Part shown: positions 52,538-60,107 of the stretch, piece after piece
How the letters are laid out: every line of letters starts with the position of its first letter
Numbering within the stretch: position 1 is the first letter of the stretch
From: a virus
Virus record (IMG/VR): IMGVR_UViG_3300042569_001270
Span: 1-64,000 of that record
Strand: one strand, 5' to 3'
Length of the DNA: 64,000 bases
The notes under the pieces: model-generated
Databases searched by the model: none
What the model saw: only the letters and a program-made list of their open reading frames with translations
Told to the model about the DNA's origin: nothing
Position numbers and translations under genes: made by a program

Positions 52538-52819
52538 ATGCCGGTTTCTACAGTTCAGAGATCGCTGTCCAATGCTGAGCGTGACATCGGCAGCATGCTG
52601 ACCCTCACGGGCACAGTGGACTTCACCAGCTCGTTTGTCGATCTCACGTCTGTCGCGGGTCTTAGTGAGGGCGTCTACCGGATTATCAACGTGTCGCTCT
52701 GCACCTACAGCAACGAGTCGTTGATCTCAATCTTTCTGCCCGTAGGCTTCCTTGCAACCGGTCCTGCCTTTGCGAGCGGTGGCTTCATCTGCGTGGCGAT
52801 TCGCCGGAGGCTGACATGA
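52538..52819 (+). CDS. Small beta protein, paralog of 45924-46196
   Basis: GTVDFTSSFVDL...GVYRII...CT.SNE...ICV. Confidence 0.7.
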   Translation: MPVSTVQRSLSNAERDIGSMLTLTGTVDFTSSFVDLTSVAGLSEGVYRIINVSLCTYSNESLISIFLPVGFLATGPAFASGGFICVAIRRRLT

Positions 52820-53775
52820 GCATCTACAAGTGGGCCAACCCTTACGGCGGGGAGTGGGAGAACACTTACAACTGGCGCGACGCAGACGGTAACACTGTCT
52901 ACCAGTACCCCGGCCAGTACAGTGGGCAGGGGGACATTGTTTACTTTGACTATGGTTCTAACTTTTTTGTCTACAGTAACAACCCGTTTTCTGATCTGCA
53001 TCTTCAGGCTGTGTACTTTAGTAACTCCGTCACCAACGTGGACTTCCGACAGATTCGGTTTGCTGTTGATACTGCCGCAGGTCTTTCGTCGCTGATTTTT
53101 GGTAAAGACCCGTCAGTAGGCGACACCTCTGTTTGCTCCGCCACGTTCGGTGACGGCACCAACACCGGCTACAACTGCAAGCTGATTGGTCCTGCGCATG
53201 TGTTTCAGGGGGAGGGCTTCTCCGCGACGATCAGCTCCAACTACGGCGAGGTGGATCAAGACGTAGGAGCGATTCGCGCCGTGAACATGGCGACACTCGT
53301 TATCCAGTGTGCGCTTAGCGGTACATCGTCACTGACTGTCGAGGCGCAGGACAACGGTACGAACCTGACGGTGGCAGGCACGGTGACTCGCCCGAGCATG
53401 ACGTACAGAACTGCCGTCAGTGCTGTGCTTCACTTCGCCACCGTGTTCCTTGGTACCGGCGGGGTAATGCAGCATGCTGGCGGCACCTTTGACTTTATGG
53501 GTCAGTCAGGCATCCCGTGGACGGCGTTCACTCAGATGATCATGGGAGGCATCAGCCTGCAGGGTATCGCCAGCGGCGAGGAGCCTGTGGGCAAAGGCGT
53601 CAGCTGGCAGCTGTTGTTTGATCTTGCCCCTTACGTTCTGTCTCCCTACATGATCGCAGGTGACTCTTTGCTCGTGCGGCAGGGTGGCCGATTGAACATG
53701 GTGCAGGATGACACGCTGGCCTGTAACTTGGCGTTTACAGCCGGTGAGCAGGGCATCATCAAGTACTTCAGCTAA
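52816..53775 (+). CDS. Beta-helix-like protein, paralogous architecture to 46205-47311
   Basis: YKWANPYGGEWENTYNW...PG...GDIVYF N-terminus; ATGA overlap. Confidence 0.62.
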   Translation: MSIYKWANPYGGEWENTYNWRDADGNTVYQYPGQYSGQGDIVYFDYGSNFFVYSNNPFSDLHLQAVYFSNSVTNVDFRQIRFAVDTAAGLSSLIFGKDPSVGDTSVCSATFGDGTNTGYNCKLIGPAHVFQGEGFSATISSNYGEVDQDVGAIRAVNMATLVIQCALSGTSSLTVEAQDNGTNLTVAGTVTRPSMTYRTAVSAVLHFATVFLGTGGVMQHAGGTFDFMGQSGIPWTAFTQMIMGGISLQGIASGEEPVGKGVSWQLLFDLAPYVLSPYMIAGDSLLVRQGGRLNMVQDDTLACNLAFTAGEQGIIKYFS

Positions 53776-53788
53776 CTGGGAGGTTGTC

Positions 53789-54091
53789 ATGGATAAGCTG
53801 GGTTCGCTTCTCGCAGTTGTTCTGAACGCCCTGAAGGGGCTTGGCAATCTGGTGGGCAGTCTGCTCGGGAGCTTCCTGCGAAAGACCGACGCGCAGGCGG
53901 CCTCTGAGAAGATCAACGAAGCAGTGAAGAACGCCGAGGCTGCTGCCAACCTCCGTGCGAAGATCGCGGAAGTGAAGCACGCCAAGGTCGAGGCCAAGCT
54001 GGCCGAGGAGAAGAGCCGTGATGCAGTCGAAGGTGCGAATGATCTGCTTGGTCGTCTCCGTGCTGGTGCTGGCGAGGACAGCAAGGGCTGA
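53789..54091 (+). CDS. i-spanin-like protein
   Basis: GGAGG SD; hydrophobic N-terminus followed by coiled coil; overlaps the next gene. Confidence 0.5.
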   Translation: MDKLGSLLAVVLNALKGLGNLVGSLLGSFLRKTDAQAASEKINEAVKNAEAAANLRAKIAEVKHAKVEAKLAEEKSRDAVEGANDLLGRLRAGAGEDSKG

Positions 54092-54446
54092 TTGCCGGGA
54101 GCCGACGCCGGGGCAGGTCGTGTGCGACAAGGAGTCGTTCACTCTGCTCTACAAGGCGGCCCTCGACGGTGAGGCGGCCCCCAAGAAGGCCAAGATCGAG
54201 GCCGAGAAGACCTCTGCGGACCTCGCAGACGCGCGCAAGGTCACTGAGCAGTGTCAGAAGGCTCTGGCTGCTGTTCCGGTGCCTCCCAGCCCGAGGCGAC
54301 TCGCTCTGGGTTACGGGCTTGGCGTCCTGAGCGCGGTCACCCTGACGGTCTCTCCCCTTCCCGATTCTACGGACCTGCGCGTTGGACTTGCAGCGGCAGG
54401 ATTGGCTGGACTGATTAGCGGGTATCTGCTTACTACGCATTATTAA
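54039..54446 (+). CDS. Exported/membrane protein, spanin-partner-like
   Basis: Signal-peptide-like N-terminus (ARA-DC), coiled coil and C-terminal hydrophobic helices; starts inside the previous gene. Confidence 0.5.
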   Translation: MICLVVSVLVLARTARADCREPTPGQVVCDKESFTLLYKAALDGEAAPKKAKIEAEKTSADLADARKVTEQCQKALAAVPVPPSPRRLALGYGLGVLSAVTLTVSPLPDSTDLRVGLAAAGLAGLISGYLLTTHY

Positions 54447-54459
54447 GCACCCGTTCTTA

Positions 54460-54489
54460 TTGCTTTCCACCTTGTGCCCGTGCTACCGT
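54460..54489 (+). promoter_or_regulatory. Candidate sigma70-type promoter for the replication module (possibly leaderless)
   Basis: TTGCTT-18 bp-TACCGT with TG extension; ATG 54497 lies 7 nt after the -10 and has no clear SD. Confidence 0.35.
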
Positions 54490-54496
54490 TGGTGGC

Positions 54497-55981
54497 ATGG
54501 GCACAACCGTTACTATCGTTAACAACACTCGCGCACTCCTTGAAACTGATCACGAACTCGTCCGAGACGTAGTGGACGACGCTTTGTCGATCACAATACC
54601 CAACGCTTGGAGGTCACCTCAGTACAGGTCTGGACTCTGGGACGGGAAGAAGCACCTGCTGACCCCGAGCGGCAGCTTCCCTCTGGGTCTGCTGCCTACG
54701 GTCGAAGAGGCTCTGACAGCCCAGAAGACCGCCTACGACGTGAAGGACGACCGAGACGAGATGCTGCGGTTCCGTGTTCACACGGTGCCGGATCAACTGC
54801 TTCAGGCCTCGCCTGCAGACGCCAAGCGCGGTGCGTGGCAGGACGCCTCTGGGACTTGGTGGCTCAAGCTCGAACTCCACCAGAAGCAGGCCATCGCTGC
54901 GGCTCTGAACGAGGGCAGCGGGATCATCTTCTCTGCGACGGGTACAGGGAAGACCGAGGTCGCCTGCGGCATCGCTGCGCTGTCTAAGCGGCTGACGAAG
55001 GACAGGGTGTCGATCCTGTTCTTCACCCATCGCAGGAAACTGGCTCGTGACACCCGGAAGCGCTTCGCCACCCGTCTGGGCATGCCTCTGGAGGACATCG
55101 GCCTCATCGCCCACGGCAAGTGGGAAGAGGGCCGGTCGGGCGTCTACGTTGCGCTGCTCGACACCCTCAAGCAGCCCAAGTACGCCAAGCAGCGGAAGCA
55201 GCTATTCAAGGACGTGGACATTCTGATCATCGACGAGTGCCACCACGCCTCTGCGACCACTTGGTATCAGCTGATCCAAAAGTGCGATGCGCCTCTGCGT
55301 CTTGGGTTGTCTGGCACCCCGCTGCATCGGAGCGACCAGAAGGACGCCATGCTGATTGGGGCCACTGGGAGAGTCATCTTCCAGATGGACATGAAGCAAG
55401 CGCAGGCGGCTGGAGTCATTACCCCTGTTGAGATCACCACCGTTCCCGTGCGTGACACCACCGTCCCCATGAGTTTCAAGGACGAATGGCGAGACATCTA
55501 CGTTAAGGGTGTCGTTGATAACTTTGCGTTCCACGAAACCGTGGCAGAGAACGTTGAGAAAGACGTTGCGTCAAAGAGGACTACTCTTGTTCTCGTGCAA
55601 GAGATCAAACACGCCGAGAACCTGCTCACCGTCTTCGACGACTGGGGCATCCGGGCGGAGCTTGTCCACGGGCAGCTTCACGAGACAGAGCAGGACGACG
55701 TGGTCTCGAAGTTCGGCAAGGGAGTCTTTCCTGTGTTGATCGCAACCACGTTCCTTGGGGAAGGCGTCGACATCCCAGCCGTCGACTCGGTCCACCTGTG
55801 CAACTCCGAAAAGGCTGTTATTCCGGTTATTCAGAAGATAGGCCGAGGCGTTCGCAAGGGTGTGACCGGCAAGGTCTGCCGTGTGACGGACTACCTGCAC
55901 ATGACCCACAAGACGCTGGCGAAGCACTCGCTTGAGCGCTTGAAGATTTACAAAGAATGGGGCCTGCTGGGCGAGGAGTAG
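54497..55981 (+). CDS. Superfamily 2 DNA helicase (UvsW/ResIII-like)
   Basis: SATGTGKT, IIDECHH, GLSGTP, GEGVDIP, QKIGRGVR. Confidence 0.92.
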   Translation: MGTTVTIVNNTRALLETDHELVRDVVDDALSITIPNAWRSPQYRSGLWDGKKHLLTPSGSFPLGLLPTVEEALTAQKTAYDVKDDRDEMLRFRVHTVPDQLLQASPADAKRGAWQDASGTWWLKLELHQKQAIAAALNEGSGIIFSATGTGKTEVACGIAALSKRLTKDRVSILFFTHRRKLARDTRKRFATRLGMPLEDIGLIAHGKWEEGRSGVYVALLDTLKQPKYAKQRKQLFKDVDILIIDECHHASATTWYQLIQKCDAPLRLGLSGTPLHRSDQKDAMLIGATGRVIFQMDMKQAQAAGVITPVEITTVPVRDTTVPMSFKDEWRDIYVKGVVDNFAFHETVAENVEKDVASKRTTLVLVQEIKHAENLLTVFDDWGIRAELVHGQLHETEQDDVVSKFGKGVFPVLIATTFLGEGVDIPAVDSVHLCNSEKAVIPVIQKIGRGVRKGVTGKVCRVTDYLHMTHKTLAKHSLERLKIYKEWGLLGEE

Positions 55982-56092
55982 AAACCCTTTGCCTTCAGGG
56001 CTTTGCGACTCGTGCGTTCTTCGCTTGCGGAATGAGGCCGACCTCTGTACTGTGGCGTTGCGTCAACCCACCTACCGAGAGGCATACCCCGC

Positions 56093-56668
56093 ATGCGACC
56101 GTCATGGGCCAAGAACTACAAGCGCAAGACAGCAGTGACCGTGACGCCCGAGATTGAGAGGACCGCAAACAGCGTAGCGGCTGCGTACCGCACCTTCCTC
56201 AAAACCAATCAGCCTTTCGCACAGCCGTGGCACCCCTCGACGCCCCCCAAGGACACTCAGTTCTGGGGGGCTTTCGTTAAGGCCGCTGAGATCATCATCG
56301 AGCTGGGTGCCACTCCTCACGACTACGTTCAGGCTCAGTGGGAGGGGATCAAAAAGATTGCCAAGCACCGCTCAGACCGGATGCTGTTCCCTCAGATGCT
56401 CATCACCGACAACGCTCGCCTCCGCTACCTCAGCTTCGCGGACACGCAGACGAACAAGGCGAAGCGTACCGTCACCAAGAAGCAGCTGGTCAACGCGGAC
56501 CCGTTCATGCGGGACAACCGCCGCCTCAAGAAGCTGATGAAGGACTACGACGGTGTTGAGGAGTGCGAGGTGATCAAGCTCCACTGCCTCGACTTCTCGC
56601 GTGGCTTCCTCAAGAGCAAGGGCGTCTGGTCAGACGTTGCCTCCGAATACGAATCCTCCCTGTCCTAA
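56093..56668 (+). CDS. Hypothetical replication-module protein
   Basis: GAGG SD; lies between the two helicases; typical codon usage. Confidence 0.7.
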   Translation: MRPSWAKNYKRKTAVTVTPEIERTANSVAAAYRTFLKTNQPFAQPWHPSTPPKDTQFWGAFVKAAEIIIELGATPHDYVQAQWEGIKKIAKHRSDRMLFPQMLITDNARLRYLSFADTQTNKAKRTVTKKQLVNADPFMRDNRRLKKLMKDYDGVEECEVIKLHCLDFSRGFLKSKGVWSDVASEYESSLS

Positions 56669-56680
56669 GGTTCACAACTA

Positions 56681-58126
56681 ATGTTCACAACTGCCACGCT
56701 TCAGAAGCGTAGGAAGGGTCTTCCCTTCGACGCTGACTTCCAAAGGCGTCTTGTCCGCACCCTCTATCAGGACGCTGCCTTCGCAGCCTCGCTTGTCGGT
56801 CTCCTCGACGCAGAGGCTTTCGAGTCGCGTGTTCTTCGATGGGTGATTGATAAGATTTTCTGGTACCACGATCAGTACAAGACTCACCCCACCAAGATGG
56901 TGCTGGAGCGGGAGGCCAAGAAGGCCGTCCGCTTCGGTGCCGTTCAAGGTGCCGACATTACGGCTCTCGCCCGTACGCTGGACACGCTCGACAACCCGAC
57001 CCCTGACCGCTCGTACCTTGAGGACGAGGTCTACAAGTTTATCAAACGGTCTGAGACTGCGAAGGCTCTGCACGCTATCGAGAAGGCGATACGCACCAAC
57101 GACTTTGACGCCGTTGATGCGGAGATGACGAAGGCCTCCTCGTTCAAGCCTGCGAGGACCAATGAGTTCGGTAAGACCGCTGCGCACAACGTGAAGGAGC
57201 GCGTGAAGCGCCGCCTCCGGCAGCAGGAGTTCGGCATCACGAGCGGTACGCCCATTGATCGCGTAATGAAGTCTGAGGGCATCCAGCGCAAGCAGGTCGG
57301 CATCGTCATCGGTCCCACGGGTCGCGGTAAGACCGCCACGCTGGTTCACAACGCCTGCGCCGCTGCGGAGGACGGGAGCAAGGTTCTCTACATTTCGCTG
57401 GAGCTTGACGAGGACGACATTCTTGATCGTATCGACGCTCGCCTCTGCAGCATCGACATGAACAATCTCAAGAAGAAGCCCAAGACGATTCAGGAAATGT
57501 ACATGAACAAGCTTGCCACCGTGGGCGAGCGCATCCACACGAAGTACTACCCACCGGGATCACTGTCTGTGGGTGGCCTCCGCGCCTACATCAAGAAGCT
57601 GGAGACCATCGGCTTCTACCCTGACCTGATCGTCTGCGACTACGTTGACCTTATGAAACCGACGCTGCGCTTCGAGGCCGGTGACGACTACGCCGCCCAA
57701 GGCTCCGTCGTCCGTGAGATGCGCGGTCTCATGGGTGAGCTGAACATGGCTTGCTGGACCGCCTCACAGGCCAACCGTGGCGCTCTGGACGTTGAGGTTG
57801 TTGATAAACAGCACGTCGCTGACTCGTTCCAGAAGATGTTTATCGCAGACGTGGTCGTGACCCTCTGTCAGACCTTGGAAGAGAAGAACCGTGGGATCAC
57901 CCGACTCTTCCTCGCCAAGAACCGAAACGGCTACGACGGCATGGAGTTCTACGTTAAGCTCAACACCGCGCAGTGCCGCATCATCGAGATGCCCACGCCG
58001 GTCAAGCAGCAGGTCAAGCCGAACCAGCCCAAGGCCGCCCAGAAGATTGGTCAGGCTCTGCGGTCAGGCCCTGTCATCACCCCGACGATTCGACGCAAGA
58101 AGACAACCCCTTCCTTGGTGGCGTAA
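56681..58126 (+). CDS. dnaB: Replicative DnaB-like helicase
   Basis: GPTGRGKT, VLYISLE, IVCDYVDL, WTASQANR, KNRNG. Confidence 0.93.
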   Translation: MFTTATLQKRRKGLPFDADFQRRLVRTLYQDAAFAASLVGLLDAEAFESRVLRWVIDKIFWYHDQYKTHPTKMVLEREAKKAVRFGAVQGADITALARTLDTLDNPTPDRSYLEDEVYKFIKRSETAKALHAIEKAIRTNDFDAVDAEMTKASSFKPARTNEFGKTAAHNVKERVKRRLRQQEFGITSGTPIDRVMKSEGIQRKQVGIVIGPTGRGKTATLVHNACAAAEDGSKVLYISLELDEDDILDRIDARLCSIDMNNLKKKPKTIQEMYMNKLATVGERIHTKYYPPGSLSVGGLRAYIKKLETIGFYPDLIVCDYVDLMKPTLRFEAGDDYAAQGSVVREMRGLMGELNMACWTASQANRGALDVEVVDKQHVADSFQKMFIADVVVTLCQTLEEKNRGITRLFLAKNRNGYDGMEFYVKLNTAQCRIIEMPTPVKQQVKPNQPKAAQKIGQALRSGPVITPTIRRKKTTPSLVA

Positions 58127-58995
58127 TGTTCACAACTTCCTCGCTCACTCGTAAGCTGACCAGCACGCTGAAGCGCAAGTCTTCAGTCGTCCTCGAAGGA
58201 GACGCCTTCGAGTTGATGTCTAAGATCAAAGACAACTCTGCCGCTGCTTGGATTTTCGACCCTCCGTTCCCGAAGGTTGAAGAGCACAGGGCCACGGGCA
58301 CGACCACGCGCCTCAAGATCAGCAAGTCCAGCCACAACCCGTGGTTCGACGCTGCCAAGTTCGCCTACGAGAAGCTGCCTGCCCTCCTGCGACACGCCGA
58401 CCGAACGCTGGTTGCCGGTGGGCACTTCCTGATGAAGTGTGACTTTGATCTTCTGCAGGAGGTACTGAAGCTCTACCCTGCCGCCGGAGGTGCTCTGCCG
58501 TCGGTGGGTAGCGAGACCAGCCTCGTCCCTCAGAAGCTGTTGCTCTGGGACAAGCAGGCTCTGGGCACCGGCTACGTCTTTCGATCCCGTCACGAGTACT
58601 GGCTTTGGATGGTGAAGGGTTCCAAGCGTCGTCGTGTGCCGAACGAGAACATGTCCCTCTCGGACGTGTTCCGTTACAAGCGGCTCAAGGGGAAGAAGTA
58701 CAGCCCTGCTCAGATGCCTCTGGCGATGGCCTACGACTTGGTCAGTCAGGTCACTCAGGTAGGGGACCTCGTTGTTGATCCGTTCTGCGGTGGCGGCGGG
58801 ACGGTGCCGGTGGTCACCTCCGTCCTCGGTCGTCGCATCTGGGCCTGTGAGTTGGACCCCAGCTTCGCCAAGCTTGCCAACGAGAGGGTCGCTCGCGCCC
58901 TGTCGAAGAAGGACGACCTCCGGTCAGAGCTTCGTGGCCTGTCACTTGCTCACCAGCAAGGAGCAGTCCCCGAACACTCAACGATCATGGAGTAA
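58126..58995 (+). CDS. Beta-class N6-adenine/N4-cytosine DNA methyltransferase
   Basis: Motif IV FDPPF precedes motif I VVDPFCGGG; WDKQALGTGY..R..HE; TAATG coupling to dnaB. Confidence 0.88.
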   Translation: MFTTSSLTRKLTSTLKRKSSVVLEGDAFELMSKIKDNSAAAWIFDPPFPKVEEHRATGTTTRLKISKSSHNPWFDAAKFAYEKLPALLRHADRTLVAGGHFLMKCDFDLLQEVLKLYPAAGGALPSVGSETSLVPQKLLLWDKQALGTGYVFRSRHEYWLWMVKGSKRRRVPNENMSLSDVFRYKRLKGKKYSPAQMPLAMAYDLVSQVTQVGDLVVDPFCGGGGTVPVVTSVLGRRIWACELDPSFAKLANERVARALSKKDDLRSELRGLSLAHQQGAVPEHSTIME

Positions 58996-58997
58996 CA

Positions 58998-60032
58998 GTG
59001 CGAGCACCGATCACCAGTCAGCTGCGGGACGCCATCAAGGCCTTCGACATCGAGAAGTTCCTCAGTGAGCATGCCTCTCTCAAGCCTGCGGGTGACGAGA
59101 GGATCATGGACTGTCCTGTCTGTGGAGAGGACGGGCACAGCGACAAGCTTTGGTTCAATGTTAAGAAGAAAACGGGGTGGTGTTATGTGTGCGAGGAGTC
59201 GTGGTCGCTCGTCAAGGTCGTCGGACACTTTCTCAACCTCGACCTGCGAAAGCCCTCGCAGTACATCAAGATTTGCCAGTTCCTTTATGACGCGACGGGT
59301 GTCACGAACACGTCCACATTACGAAGGACGCTCGAAGCTTCCCAAGCCGCCCTCGCTCCTGAAGAGGTTGAGGTTGAGACTCCGCGTTATGTCGCGCCGC
59401 CTGCTCTTGATCTACCTGCGGAATTTGTGACTCTGCCGAAGAAGCTCCCCGCGTACTTCGCCACACGCAACATCACGAAGGAGCAGGTCAAGCGTCACGG
59501 AATCGGCTGGTGTGAGCGCGGGTACTTTAAGAACCGTATGATTATTCCAGTCGTTATGAACAAGAAGGTCGTCAGCTACATCGCTCGCTACATGGGCAAG
59601 CCGCCCGAAGGCGTGAAGAAGTACCTGTACCCAAAAGGGAACCCGACCGGTAAGACGTTCTTCAACTTTGATAACGCCAAGAAGTTCAAGACCGTCGTGC
59701 TGACGGAGGGCTACCTCGACGCTGTTGCAGTCGGTCTCGACGCGATGGGGCTGGGCGGCAAGAGCCTTTCAGACCAGCAAGCCCTGCTGCTGGCGAGTCT
59801 CGACTTGGACGAGGTCATCGTCATGCTGGACGGCGATTCTGCGGGGCGGGAGGGGGCCACGAAGGTGGCTCGCAAGCTGTCGTCGTTCGTGCCATCTGTG
59901 CGCATCGCCTCGCTGCCGGATGGCAAGGACCCCGACGAGTTGACCGAGGAGGAACTGGCCGCTATCCGAGAGGACGCTTTGCCTCTGAACAGCACGGTTC
60001 CTAAGATCAAAATTGACCTAGAAGATTTTTGA
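58998..60032 (+). CDS. dnaG: DNA primase
   Basis: CPVC...CYVC zinc finger, RMIIP, KYLYP, TOPRIM EGYLDA and LDGDSAG, GKDPD. Confidence 0.92.
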   Translation: MRAPITSQLRDAIKAFDIEKFLSEHASLKPAGDERIMDCPVCGEDGHSDKLWFNVKKKTGWCYVCEESWSLVKVVGHFLNLDLRKPSQYIKICQFLYDATGVTNTSTLRRTLEASQAALAPEEVEVETPRYVAPPALDLPAEFVTLPKKLPAYFATRNITKEQVKRHGIGWCERGYFKNRMIIPVVMNKKVVSYIARYMGKPPEGVKKYLYPKGNPTGKTFFNFDNAKKFKTVVLTEGYLDAVAVGLDAMGLGGKSLSDQQALLLASLDLDEVIVMLDGDSAGREGATKVARKLSSFVPSVRIASLPDGKDPDELTEEELAAIREDALPLNSTVPKIKIDLEDF

Positions 60033-60107
60033 CCTCTACAGGTTGTGGTGCTGAGGAGCACCTACACAAGGGGCAGCGGACCCTTATTTCCGCGCAGGAG
60101 TGATCCC

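Noticed and set aside
44785-53775. Diversity-generating retroelement or invertase shufflon acting on the fibre cassettes
   Set aside because: The paralogy is visible only at protein level. No near-identical TR/VR nucleotide repeats, reverse transcriptase or recombinase were found in the window.
57973-58125. N-terminal extension of the methyltransferase in the ORF track (likewise upstream extensions at 23048, 26798, 27507, 28340, 53708, 60045)
   Set aside because: These overlap upstream genes or leaders; downstream ATGs with SD sequences or stop-start coupling are better starts.
60033-60107. Cobalamin riboswitch before nrdJ
   Set aside because: Only about 75 nt are available and no B12-box is recognisable.
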